Source: the human T2T-CHM13v2.0 reference genome, Homo sapiens. From it: DNA of 64,000 nt. Location of the stretch: the NCBI RefSeq assembly GCF_009914755.1, contig NC_060937.1. One strand, 5' to 3'. A program made the translations under genes and the position numbers. The notes under the pieces are model-generated. The model worked only from the letters and a program-made list of their open reading frames with translations. It was not told the DNA's origin and searched no databases. Positions 14,189-27,839 of this stretch are shown in pieces. How positions within the stretch are numbered: the first letter of the stretch is position 1; every line of letters begins with the position of its first letter.

Positions 14189-16243
14189 ATGAGGAAACTC
14201 ATCGTGGGACTCATTTTCCTTAAAATTTGGACTTGTATAGTAAGGACTTCAACTGACCTTCCTCAGACTGAAGGCTGTTTCCAGTATATACATCAAGTCA
14301 CTGAAGTAGGACAAAAGATTGCTACAGTTCTATTATTTTATAGTTATTATGAATGCCTAGGAACTCCAAAAGGAACCTGTTTGTATAATAACACCCAGTA
14401 CAAAGTATGTAATCCAGGAAGTGACCAGCCCGATGTGTGCTATGACCCCTTTGAACCTCCTATGATCACAGTCTTTGAAGTAGGACTGAGAACTGGTCAT
14501 TCTCTAAGTGACACAAGTAAAGTAATAGCTAGAACAGAAGAAAAAGGGGTCCCAAAAATGTAACCTTAAAATTTGACGCTTGTGCCACTATTGATAGTAA
14601 GCAGCATGGAATAGGATGCGGTTCTCTAAATTGGAAAAAAAAGTTACACGGTAAAAAAAAAAATAGGTATATCTGTCCAGAATCATATGTGAGATGTGTC
14701 AATACTGGTCTTGTGTCATCTGGGCTACTTGAACAGAAGATAAAAAAGATCCTGTTTGGCTCCAAAAAGGAAAAGTCAGCCCCTCCTGCACAAGTGGGAG
14801 CTGCAACCTTTTAGAAATGATAATCACAAACCCCTCAGAACCAGAATGTAATAAAGGAAAATATGTATCTTTAGGCATTGATGGAAAGGGACTAGATCCT
14901 AGCGTGAACATCCTAATAAAAGGAGAGGTTCAAAGACACTCTCCAGAACCAGTATTTCAGACTTTCTATGATGAACTAAATGTGCCAGTACCAGAGACTC
15001 CAGGAAAAATCAAAAATTTGTTTTTGCAATTAGCCGAGCACGTAGCCCAGTCTCTAAATGTCACTTCATATTATGTTTGTAAAACAACTGTAATAAGAGA
15101 TCAATGGCCATAAGAAGCCTGAGAATTAGTGCCTACAGACCCAGTTCCTGATGAATTCTCAGCCCAAAAGAATCACCCTGATCATTTCTAGGTTCTAAAA
15201 GTTTCAATTATTGGACAATATTGCATAGCTAGAAAAAAAAAAAGAATTCACTCATTCTGTAGGATGACTTAGTTGCCTAGGACAAAAACTATAATAGTAC
15301 CACACACACACAAAACAGTTACATGGTGGAGCTCCAATTACACAGAAAGAGATCCATTCAGTAAATTTCCAAGGTTGCAGACTGTCTGGGCTCACCCAGA
15401 ATTTCACCGGGACTGGGCTGCCCCCACCGGGTTATACTGGATATGTGGACACAGAGCTTATGCTAAGCTGCCTGATCGGTGGACAGGTAGCTGTGTAATT
15501 GGCACCATTAAACCATCTTTCTTTTTACTGCCCATAAAAACAGGTGAACTCCTGGGCTTCCCTATCTATGCTTCTCATGAAAAATGAAGCATAGCCATAG
15601 GTAATTAAAAAGATGATGAATGACCTCCTAAAAAATTATATAATACTACGGACCCCCCACTTGGGCACAAGATGGCTCGTGGGGATATCGGACCCCCATC
15701 TACATGCTCAACCAAATCATATGGTTACAAGCTGTTTCAGAAATCATCACTAATAAAACTGGTCAAGCCTTGACTATTCTGGCCCGGCAAGAAACTCAGA
15801 TAAAAAATGCTATCTATCAAAATAGATTGGCTCTCAGCTACTTGCTAGCAGCTGAAAGAGAGGTCTATAAGACATTTAACCTTGCTAATTACTGTCTATA
15901 CATAGATAATCAAAGGCAAGTAGTTAAAGACATAGTTAAAAATATGACAAAACTGACACATGTGCCCGTACAAGTGTGGCACGAATTTGGCCCTGAAGCC
16001 ATGTTTAAAAATTAGTTCCCAGCACTAGGAGAATTTAAAACTCTTATAATAAAAGTTATAATAGTAATAAGAACCTGCTTACTGCTCCCTTGTTTACTAC
16101 CTGTACTTCTTCAAATGATAAAAAGCTTCATCACTACCTTAGTTCACCAAAATGCTTCAGCACAAGTGTACTATATGAATAACTATCAATTTATTGCACA
16201 AAAAGACATAAGTAGCAAAAATAAGAGTGAGAACTCCCACTAA
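14189..16243 (+). pseudogene. Harlequin env remnant, multiply disrupted
   Basis: Signal peptide MRKLIVGLIFLK, SU WAAPTGLYWICG, TM immunosuppressive-like [13 protein letters not shown]; split over at least 4 ORFs. Confidence 0.88.
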
Positions 16244-16740
16244 TAAAAAGTGAGAGTCTCAAAGGGGGAAATGAGGGAAGAGAGAGACCCTCTCATATTG
16301 TTTTATACTCAGTACCTGTTTAAAGAAAAAAAACAAGGACATGAAATCAAAGACAGGCAGCCTGATGCCAGGCCCAAAACCAGGACTGGGCCTGCCTGGC
16401 CTAAACCCAGTAGTTAAAAATCAACTCATAACTTAGAAACCGATGTTACTCATAGATTCCCAACATTGTATAAAAGAACATTGTGCAACTCCCTGCCCTG
16501 TTCTGTTTCTCTGACCACCGGTGCATGGAGCCCCTGTCACGTACCCCCTGCTTGCTCAAATCAATCACGACCCTTTCATGTGAAATCTTTAGCGTTGTGA
16601 GCCCTTAAAAGGGACAGAAATTGTGTACTCGGGGAGCTCAGATTTTGAGGCAGTAGCTTGATGATGCTCCCAGCTGAATAAAGCCCTTCCTTCTACAACT
16701 CGGTGTCTGAGAGGTTTTGCCTGCAGCTTGTCCTGCTACA

Positions 16741-17267
<527 letters not shown>

Positions 17268-17836
17268 GGTTATAATTTTTCAATAGCAGTTTCATAACTT
17301 TAAATTCATGACTATTACAGTATTCATAAATAATCTAGGTAAATAATTAAAATAGATAATTAGGCAAATGTAATGGGAAAAATACTTGTAGACAAACTGG
17401 TCATAATTTAGAATATAAAGTTATATTAAATTAAATAATAGATGTTTCATTACTTGGGTATTTTCCAATAAATATATATTGCAGGAAAACATTCTTGCTA
17501 AAAAGAAAACAAAAACAGAGAAGTGTGTCCTTTTAAAAAGAAAAGTGAAAAATTTATGTCTAATTCAAAGCTTATTTAAACATTATGTATAAAACAAGGT
17601 AAATGGAACCAGGAAATAAAAAATATGTAAAGAAAGTTGTAAAAATAAAGAGGTATTTTTCTGAGGTAAAAAAAGATTGAAGAAAAATAATTTTATATAA
17701 GAAAAAAAGTCTTGTGCCAGGCACCAAATACCCGGCATCATAATTGTTATGTTAAAATTATTGTGTGCCACAGAGGCAACAAATTTCCTTGTCAATTGTG
17801 CCTTTCGACTATGGCTGCCTTAAAACTTTTTTTTTC

Positions 17837-18123
17837 GGCCGGGCTGGTGGCTTACGCCTGTAATCCCTGTACTTTGGGAGGCTGAGACAGGCGATCACGA
17901 GGTCAGGAGATCGAGACCATCCTGACTAACACGGTGAAACCTCATCTCTACTAAAAATAGAAAAAAATTAGCTTGGCATGGTGGCGGGTGCCTGTAGTCC
18001 CAGCTACTCAGGAGGCTGAGGCAGGAGAATGGGGTGAACCTGGGAGGCAGAGCTTGCAGTGAGCAGAGATCACACCACTGCACTACAGCCTGGGTGACTC
18101 AGGGAGCCTCCGTCTCAAAAACA
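17837..18123 (+). mobile_element. AluY-like
   Basis: Dimer with short tail, TSD aactttttttt..c. Confidence 0.92.
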
Positions 18124-20071
18124 ACTTTTTTTCATCCATGGACAATTGTTGTCTTGTTTTGGTCCTCTTTAGGAGGTGGTTTTATAATCAGCTATAAAAC
18201 TCCAATAGGTGCTCTTGAATGCAGGTTTCTGATAACTTTGGAGATTGTGACAACAGAATAGAGGAAGAACTTTCAGGACTCATGGAGAGCTAAATGTTCA
18301 TGAGTATCAAGCAGGAATTAACAGGAATTAACTGCATGGACTGAACCAATCTTTTTTACTTTTTGCTCAAAATATTTGCTGGTCCTTTGTTTTGCGTTTC
18401 CAAGTCTTATGACTTTTCTTTTGAGCTACTGACAGATTTTAACAATTTAGTATACTCCTATGAACAAAATTTGTGGCATAGTTGTTTCTATCTGATTTCT
18501 CCAGAATTTGGAAACTATTTGTGAGTATTCTTAACTTATGGCAATACAGTTATTTGCATAAGTGCAGTAAGAATCTGTTTTCATTTGTAACAGGACACAT
18601 TTGGAGAATTTGGTTATTTTACCAAGGCTTTGACTGGAATCATGTGCTTTCCTTATAAGGAATCAAACTTGACTTACGGAGCCAATAAAGCCCTTGGAAA
18701 AACTGGCCTCATATTCTGTATACACAGTCCCTGAACAGGGTTTCTGACTGTGTAAGTAAAGAATATCACTTTTTGACAAGTGCAGACGCCCCAGGTTTAT
18801 CTTGGGCCCTCAAAAGGAGAGGAAATTTCACCCAACTCATGGGTATTTCATGGCATAAATCCATGGCTCGGCTGGGTTTTACGGGTTTTACGAAGTCTTA
18901 TCTGAGATTCCTGCTATGGAACAAAGTTCCATCAGAGCCTATTTAAAAGCCTAAGTAAAAAATAATCATTCTTGCTGCATTGTATACAAATAGTTAGGCC
19001 AAGTATAATAAACAAACCAATCCTACCATGATTTGTCTTTAGTAATATGTGAAACTGAAGAGAGAAAAACAAATTATCTTCTAAAACAATTGTACACCTG
19101 TTGTTAGAGTCTAGTCTTGCCTATTTTTTTTCAATTTTTATTATTTTTCTAGAGTTTGGACTGAATTCTAATTTTTCTTGGCTACAAGCCTTCAAAATAA
19201 TGTTTTCAATTTTTTTCCTTCTTTTTTTTTTTTCTCAATTTTTCCCAATTTGGAGTCACTGAAAACTAAGCTATGCTTTCTAAGAACCCTGGGAACTGAA
19301 GCCAGACAACTTAAACTTCAGAAAAATATAACATGACCTATTTACGTACATAAGCCACTTTCATACCTGCCTACTATTATGGACTGCAGAGTAATGTGGC
19401 CTATATCAATTTTTTCAGGATTGTTCTTTTGTTTGTTGTTTTTTTCCTCCCTTCCTCCCCCATATTTTCTCTTCACAGGACATGAGACTTCACAACCTGC
19501 TAAAAATGAACTTTCCAGACCTACCAATCTAGGAATAAACCGTCCTAGCCAGGAAAGGTCAGATGACCTTTCCTGAGACTGGAGACTCATTCTGTTGTAA
19601 AAATGCTTTCTCCAAAGATGTTAAAAAAGAAAAGGGGAAAATGTGAAAGAAAAATAACTTGGGTCCCTTCAAGATGGGAACTGCTCAGGGCAAATCTGCC
19701 TTCTATTCTATTCAAGTCATCCATTTGCTCACAGAGACAGATGCATATTCTGATTGCCTCCTTTGGAAAGACTTATCAGAAACTCAAAAGAATGCAACCA
19801 TCTGTCTCTCACCTACCTGTTACTTGGAAGCCCCCAATAGGGGGCCTTGCTTTGAGCTGTCTCCGCCTTTCCGGACGGAACTAATGTACTTCTTACATAG
19901 TGATTGATGTTTCATGTCTCCCTAAAATGTATAAAACCAAGCTGTGGCCGGACCACCTTGGGCACATGTCATCAGGACTTCCTGAGGCTATGTCACTGGG
20001 CATGTCTTCAACCTTGGCAAAATAAACTTTCTAAATTAATTGAGACCTGTCTCAAATTTTGGGGGTTCACA

Positions 20072-20620
20072 GGTGAGTGGGCTCAGGCATGTGCACTAAT
20101 ATGACTAAAGGTCATAGACTATTAGACTATTAGTCTATGACCTTCCTCTAGAAACACTCGACTGGTAAGGGAAGAATGCCTCAACTGAGCATGTGCACAA
20201 CTCCCATAAACACACTTGTGCTTGCGGAGCCTCTCAAGTGCCGGCAGGCCACTGCTCAGGTGGATTCTTCCCTCCTACCCAGAGGAAAGAATCAGGGGAG
20301 AAGGGACACAAGCCCCTGAATGCATGCCAACACGTAAAACCTCAAATCAAAACTCAAACCATGCAGTTTAACCTCTCAAGTTGCCCACTTGGCCCTCTTC
20401 CAAGTGTACTTTACTTCCTTTCATTCCTGCTCTAATACTGTTTAGTACATTTTCACTCCTGCTCTAAAACTTGCCTCAGTCTCTCACTGTGCCTTATGCC
20501 CCTCAGCTGAATTCTTTCTTCTGAGCAGGCAGGAATTGAGGTTGCTGCAGACGTGTATGCATTTGCCACCAGTAACATACTTTGGTGCCACATGACTAGG
20601 ATATGTTCTCTAGTGCTAAC
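20072..20620 (+). mobile_element. MER50-like LTR, 3' part
   Basis: Continues the LTR broken at 8572; ends ...tagtgctaaca. Confidence 0.72.
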
Positions 20621-20953
20621 ATGTTCGTTTACAGTTCTTAGGACTCCCTGATAGAAAAAAACACAAAAAAAAAACCACAAAAAAACCCAACCAACCAAAC
20701 AAACAAACAAAAAAAAACACAGGAGTTTCTCCCAAAAAGAAGTCTGCAGTGTCTTTTCTGTTTTCTCTGAAGGTATCCCAGGGTGTTAGATTTCTGTTGT
20801 TTTTCCCTTATGTGGCACTGAAGTTGGCAAGAAGAAGGAAATGCTGATATAAATAAATAGGGAAATGAACAGAGAGACTACATGTGGTTAGCAGGAGTTT
20901 AGGATGAGAGAAATTTAGTGGACCGAGAAATAGTCTAAATATCAGTTTTAATT

Positions 20954-21406
20954 TGTGAAAGAAAAATAAAAACCTGGGACCCCAATTCACTATGCCTAAA
21001 GGAAAAAAATTAAGCTGAAAGCTGAATCATGCAAGAAGCTGTTTTTTCCTTTGTTCTTAAGCAGAGCGCTACAGATAAAAAGGTGAAATATCTCCCCAGG
21101 TAGCTACTCTATGTTCACCTGAACTTATGTAAAGTTCTGATTTACTGAGCACGAGAAGAACACATAATTGACTATTCCTGTACCTGCTCCATTTCTCCTG
21201 CAACATGTGGATACAGTAATATGATCATACCCTCCCTTGTTCCCCTCTAGGCCACTTTCCCCTTTAAATATTAACGCCATCATAATCATCTTTGGAGAAA
21301 GACACCTGGATCTGTCCTGAACCTTGGCAAAAAATAAATAAATAAATAAATAAAAATAAAAAACTCTTCTCGATTGATACCTGTCACAGATACATTTTGG
21401 TTTACA
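20954..21406 (+). mobile_element. Solo MER4-family LTR
   Basis: tgtgaaagaaaaataaaaacctgggacccc...ttttggtttaca; TSD aatt/aatc. Confidence 0.8.
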
Positions 21407-22258
21407 AATCAATGAACAATGGAGGGAACTCTGTCCTTAATCTTGGTGCGAGACAATGAACCCCAGGTACTTACCCCAGACAACGACGCCGCTTCACCAT
21501 GATGATGGACAACAGGCAACTTTTTTTTTGGAGTTTCAGCTTGCTTCCAACAGGGACGGTGAGTGTGAGGTTTATTCCCATTTCTAAGACGATAGAAGTT
21601 TTCAGCCTAAGCCGTATTCCTAGGTAAGCAGCTGGATTGCAGTTTTGTCTTGGAAATTCTCCTTAATGACTAAAAGTTAAGATTAACAACTAGCTGGTCT
21701 TAATTTCTCCTTACCATTAGAGTACCCAGTAATCACATAAATTCTGCAATCATCTGTTTATTTAGCTTAACTGTTTTTTTTTATTTGTTGAAGTTGTTGT
21801 TGTTATTTCAGTCTTTTTCTTATTGGGTTGACCAGACTTGGTAAAATCTGTAAGAAAGTTCCATAATTATGGGGAAGATTTCCTCTGAATTGGCTAAATT
21901 CCTGTAGCTGAAAAAAAAAAGAAAAGAAAAAAACACCAGCAAAAGTAAAAAAAGAAACATTTTGATTACCTGAGAGGCTTTATTTACATGGCAAGACCAC
22001 CTTCTGCTAGCCAAACTAAACTAAGGGAGCAATGGTAGTCACCCTATGCAGTAGTTCAGCAGCAAAGATTCTGCCCTTTTTTTTAGCATGACAGCCTGGG
22101 TTGGCTGGTTATAAATCAAGTCCTTTCTGGTTTGAGATTTATTTTACCTTTGAAATATCAGCAGCTTTTCCCAGCTAAAATATGGTAATAATACTTAAAA
22201 GGATTTTTTAAGACCTCAACAGTTAAAAGGCAGCTTAATTAAAAGATAGTATCCGCAA

Positions 22259-22261
<3 letters not shown>

Positions 22262-22294
<33 letters not shown>
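22262..22294. repeat. (TG)n microsatellite
   Basis: Pure GT dinucleotide run. Confidence 0.95.
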
Positions 22295-22299
<5 letters not shown>

Positions 22300-23092
22300 A
22301 AAAGGACTTTATGTTTTTTTGTCTTCTAGGAACGTGTTTTTGTAAAAAAGTTTTTTTCTTCTCAGTCAACTGAATTCTGCTTTTTCTATTTACTTCTGCC
22401 TGTCTCTCCTTTCTCTTCCCACCCTCTGCTGCATGAGGCACTGGAAATAATTTTAACAATGGTAATGAGACAAATTATCAAGAAATTGGAGCTGGGATTC
22501 CTTAAAGAAAACAGAGAAGATGCCAGACTCCTTTTTGGGGCAAAAACTCTGTTTTTCCTTATGGAACCCTAAGAGTATAAACAAGTTCCTCTCAGATCTT
22601 AAACTCCTTGCTTCTATATTTTGTTTTCTGATTTTTTTTAACTGAAATAGTTATTATTACAGGGGCTACTCTTGGGAGTTTAGAATAAGAAAGGGTGCTT
22701 AGACACTCAAGCAACATCTTTGTAACAAAGTAACACCATAAAAGCATTATGTGGCCTAGTCCCATGATTTCTCTCTCCTTTTTGGAGACCCAGGATTGAA
22801 TGTGGGCTGTGCTCAGAGCTCAGAGATCCAGTTAAAACAGAGACTACGTTTAAAACTATCTAAGTGCGATTGGTCTCTTTATACAATCCTGTGGTAGATT
22901 TCTGTAATTTTATGTTTGACTTGGTATCCATTTTTTAATCACCCTGTTAACACAACAGATTCTCTCTCTCTCTTTCCTTTGAGAAGTAAATTTTGCTGAT
23001 TTTCACCTGAGAGTTGTTCCTTCGGTATACAAATTTAGGGCTATCTACCTGACAATTGCCTAGGGTAATGAAACAAATTATCAAGAAATTGG

Positions 23093-23386
23093 AGCCAGGC
23101 AAGGTGGCTCGTGCCTGTAATCCCAGCCCTTTTGGAGGCCAAGGCTGGCGGATCACTTAAGGCCAGGAATTCAAGACCACCCTGGCCAACATGGCAAAAC
23201 CCTGTCTCTACTAAAAATACAAAAATTACCTGAGCGTGGTGGTGCTTGCCTGTAATTCCAACTATTTAGGAGGCTGAGACAGGAGAATTGCTTGAACTCA
23301 GGAGATGGAGGTTGCAGTGAGCCAAGATCACGCCACTGCACTCCAGCCTGGGCCACAGAGTGAGACTGCATCTAAAAAAAAAAAAA
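23093..23386 (+). mobile_element. AluS
   Basis: Full dimer, TSD aaattgga. Confidence 0.92.
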
Positions 23387-23899
23387 TTGGAAGTCTAAAA
23401 TAAGAGGGGAAAAAAGAGGAGGTCTTACAAATCTAAGATCTATTTCTACCTGTGTGTCTAATACATGTCTGTATTTATGTGTCATGTATATGTTTCATTA
23501 TCAAAGATATATAAAACAGCTCTAATTATTTGGCCTTAAAGGGAAAAAAGGGGGCTTAAATCAAATACTTTATTAGAAAAATAGAAACCTTAAGCCCAAA
23601 TGCTTTTTCAAGTTTATGTAACTTAAGTAAATTCTTAATAAATAAGCTGGTTTTAAAGTTATTGGTAAAATAAAATTAGAAATATCTTCAGAATTGTCAA
23701 TATACATTGTTGTTTAGAGTCATTGGTCAGGCAGTTTAACATTTACCTCTACTAGATATTATAAGTTGTCAAAATTTGGCATGAGGTTTATAAAGCTAGA
23801 AATGCAGCCCACAAGAGTACTATATTTGTTGGTGTAATTTGTTGATAAATAGGGCATTTGATATCGTTGATTTAATGAAAACAGCTAAATCCTGAGTTC

Positions 23900-25070
23900 A
23901 TCCAGGACTTCTTGGTAAAGTTGACTGAAGCTATATTAGATATTTCCCCACAAAAATACTATTTGCATTCTCCCACTCCCTCCCTCCCTTGATGGGACAA
24001 CATCCTTTATTTTTCCTTGGGCATACATATCATTACTTCCAATTTGAAACAAGTTAGTATAAGAGGGAGAGAGAGAGGAGAGGAGAGGCAGAGAGAGAGA
24101 AGAGGAGAGAGAGAGAGAGGAGAGAGAGAAAGGAGAGGAGAGAGAGAGAAGAGATTGAGAGAGGGGAGACTGTTTTAAGTGGTATTATTTTTCCCATAGG
24201 CTGTCCTTGTCACTCTTTCATGGCTACAGTTTGATCGGAATTAGCTGCCAGGGCCTCCGCCGGCTTGGGCTCTTCTGCGGAGGCTGTGGGGGCCCGGGCC
24301 TTGGGTGTGGAACTAGGGGCTTCCTGGCTGCGGGGGGTCTCCTTGGAAGAGGGGGCAGCCTCCGAGCTGCTGCGGTTTGTGTATCATGCTGGAGCCCGTC
24401 ACTTATGGTCTCCTGGGTGGCAGGAGCTGCAGGCGCCTTAGTCTTTTTAGGTTTCCCTTCCTCCTTGCTGGGCTCCTCCCCAGTGGTAGGGTCCGCGCTC
24501 TTGGCCCGGGCCGTGGTGACTTCGGCAGCTTTGGGGGCCTCGCCGCCATTAGCAGGGACGGGGGCTGCCTGCTCTTTCTCGGGGGGTCAGCCTTGGCCTC
24601 TGCGCGCTCTCTGTCTTCTCGGGCTCTTCCTTCGGGGTCTCCTCCTTGGCAGCCGTGGCATCCTTCTTGCCCTCTGTCTCCTCGGCCTTGCCCTCCGCGT
24701 CCTGGTCAGACTTCTTGCCCTCCATGGCCTCGGCGGGCTCTGCAGCTGCCTGGGGCTCACTCTCCTTCGGGGACCCTCCTCTTCCCTTGCCACGCCCTCA
24801 TCCTTCTTGTCTTTGTCCTTGGCTTTCTCGTCGTTCACATTGTAGCCCTTCTTCTTGCTGAGTTTGCCTGTCATCTTGGAGTTTGGCTCTGGGTGCCTGT
24901 GCAGCCCCTGGGTGAGCGCGGTGCCCCCAAGAGGCCAGGGTCCCTGGCGGTGTCTAGCTCATGCCTGGCCGCTGGCGGAGGCTCTCTCCTGGCTCCATGG
25001 CGGAGGCCAGAGCGAGGAGCCAGTTGTAGTGCTAGCTCCGCCTTTGTCGCAGCTGCCACTACTGCCACCG
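23900..25070 (-). pseudogene. BASP1P1: BASP1 processed pseudogene (CDS-homologous 24874 to 24210, frameshifted)
   Basis: MTGKLSKKKGYNVNDEKAKDKDKK matches the BASP1 N-terminus; end AANSDQTVAMKE* matches the C-terminus; 5'UTR joined without intron; (CT)n-rich 3'UTR present. Locus name from memory. Confidence 0.93.
24061..24168. repeat. GA-rich repeat, part of the BASP1 3'UTR copy
   Basis: Imperfect (GA)n/(GGA)n. Confidence 0.85.
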
Positions 25071-25103
25071 GGAAAACATTTTTCTTAAAAAATGTGTTCT
25101 TAT

Positions 25104-25406
<303 letters not shown>

Positions 25407-26396
25407 TTAAAGGAAAATTATTTTTGTGTAATTTAAAGGTTATTCATGAAACAGGATAAAAGGAACCAGTAAATAGGAGAGATGTAAAGACAGATACAAA
25501 TATAAAGAGGTATTCTGGTGTAAGGAAGATTAAAAAGAAAATTATTTTTATATGAGAAAGAATCTTGTATGGTAAATTTTTGTCCTAAAATAAAATGACT
25601 GGTTATTTAGAAAAGAAGGATGTTTAGAATAAAACAGGAAGTCCAAACATGTCATAAGTGGTTTGTGTATGTCATAATAAGGGATTATAAAAAGAAGATT
25701 TATGTGAAAAAAATTTTATGTGATCAAGTTGTCTACAATTACAAGGAAATTATTTATAATAGACTTTCTAGAGATCTATATTAAAAATACACTAATACAC
25801 TAAGGAATTGGTTAGAACAACAAAACTTTCTTAACATATTATTTTAATAAAATTATGAGATTTTCATTTTTTTTACACCAGAAGTTCAATTTATATTGCA
25901 TCTTGCTGTTTTTAGCTATCTCACCTTTGAGAAGGACAGCGATGATATCTCTCTCTCTCTCAACTTTGTCAGCTCCTGTAAATTTTTCCTTCAGGTTTTA
26001 ACTGCTATTGTGGCCTGATACTAAAACATTTTATCTTAAAGTTATAAAGGAAATATTTTCTCCCAGTATAACATTCTGTGCTTTGGCTTTAAATTGTTCT
26101 ATGAAACCAAAAATGTTCACTTAATGTTTCCTGTAACCCAGGAAACACTCTTCCTATGTCTAACTAGTTCAAATACATTTTCATTAGTTTTGACTTTCAG
26201 GTTCTCTAAATAGACTCCCTATATGGAAAAGCAGTCACACTGCAGAGGGTGTTTTTTTTTTTTCTTTGTTTGACTTTTGGTAACTAGACTAACAAAAAAG
26301 ATTTATGTTTTATCGAAATAAGTCCTACATAATTGTTATTAAGTTTTGATTTACTTACAAAAACTGAGTTACATTTATTTTTAAAGTTAAAGTTAC

Positions 26397-27839
26397 TGTG
26401 TCAGGAATTGGTGGGTTCTTGGTCTCACTGACTTCAAGAATGAGGCCGCGGCCCCTCGCGGTGAGTGTTACAGTTCTTAAAGGCGGCATGTCCAGAGTTT
26501 GTTCTTTCTGACATTCGGATGTGTTCAAAGTTTCTTCCTCCTGGTGGGTTCGTAGTCTTGCTGGATCACGAGTGAAGCTGCAGACCTTCGCGGGAGTGAA
26601 GCTGCAGACCTTCGCGGTGAGTGTTACAGCTCTTAAGGTGGTGCGTCTGGAGTCGTTTGTTTCTGCCAGTGCCTTCATGGTCTCACTGGCTTCAGAAGTG
26701 AAGCTGCAGACCTTCGTGGTAAGTGTTACAGCTCATAAAGGCAGTGAGGACCCAAAGAGTGAGCAACAGCAAAATTTATTGCAAAGAGCGAAAGAACACC
26801 GCAGTGTGGAAGGGGACTCAAAGCCAGAAGTTCCCACTACTGGCTCAGGCAGCCTGCTTTTATTCTCTTATATGGCCCCACCCACATCCTACTGACTGGT
26901 CCATTTTAGAGAGAGCCAATTGGTCTGTTTTACAGAGAGCTGATTGGTCCGTTTTGACAGGGTGCTGATCGGTGCGTTTACAATCCCTGAGCTAGACACA
27001 AAAGTTCTCCACCTACCCACTAGATTAGCTAGATACAGAGTGTGGACACAAAGGTTCTCTAAGTCCCCACCAGAGTAGCTAGATACAGAGTGTCGATTGG
27101 TGCATTCACAAACCCTGAGCTAGACACAGTGTGCTGATTGGTGTGTTTACAAACCTTGAGCTAGATACAGACTGCCAATTGGTGTATTTACAATCCCTTA
27201 GCTAGACATAAAGGTTCTCCAAGTCTCCGCCAGACTCATGAGCCCAGCTGGCTTCACCCAGTGGATCCCGCAACAGGGCCACAGGTGGAGCTGCCTGCCA
27301 GTTCCGTGCCATGCGCCTGCACTCCTCAGCCCTTGGGTGGTCAATGGGACTGGGCGCCCTGGAGCAGCGGGCGGGGCTCCTCAGGAAGGCTGGGGCTGGG
27401 CAGGAGCCCACGGCTGGGGCGGGAGCAAGCTCAGGCATGGTGGGCTGCGGGTCCCCAGCCCTGCCCCACAGGGAGGCAGCTAAGGCCCTCGGAGAAGTTG
27501 AGCACAGCAGCTGCTGGTCCAGGTGATAAGCCCCTCACTGCCCCGGCCAGCGGGGCCAGCTTGCTGCTCCGAGTGCGGGCCGGCGCCCACGCCCACCCGG
27601 AACTGGCATTGGCCCGCAATTGCTGCGCGCAGCCCCGATTCCCGCCCACACCTCTCCCTCCACACCTCCCCGCAAGCTGAGGGAGCCAGCTCTGGCCTTG
27701 GCCAGCCCAGAAAGGGGCTCCCACAGTGCAGTGGCGGGCTGAAGGGCTCCTCAAGCATGGCCAGAGTGGGCGTCAAGGCCGAGGAGGTGCCGAGAGTGAG
27801 CGAGGGCTGTGAGGGCTGCCAGCACGCTGTCACCTCTCA
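26397..27839 (-). mobile_element. Solo LTR12 (ERV9 LTR, LTR12C-like)
   Basis: Minus strand starts tgagaggtgacagcgtgctggcagccc and ends accaagaacccaccaattcctgacaca; repeated CCAAT units; TSD ttac/ttat. Confidence 0.93.
26850..27210 (-). promoter_or_regulatory. LTR12 U3 enhancer/promoter: tandem CCAAT (NF-Y) boxes, GATA-like sites and AATAAA TATA-like box
   Basis: Several attgg on the plus strand, agata repeats, and gcttttattct near 26855. Confidence 0.7.

Larger units (their letters stand above)
10462..16740 (+). mobile_element. Harlequin (LTR2/HERV-E-related) provirus, defective; LTRs 10462-10931 and 16272-16740
   Basis: Paired LTRs, tRNA-Glu primer binding site, purine tract, gag, pol and env remnants; TSD tgcc/tccc (one mismatch). 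Confidence 0.93.

Noticed and set aside
14189-16243. Harlequin env as a co-opted syncytin-like gene
   Set aside because: Multiple stops and frameshifts, a destroyed furin site (HEK*) and a damaged CX6CC motif.
26440-27210. Repeated units resembling a CRISPR or novel array
   Set aside because: These are the normal U3 and U5 tandem repeats of LTR12, with no unique spacers, in a eukaryotic context.
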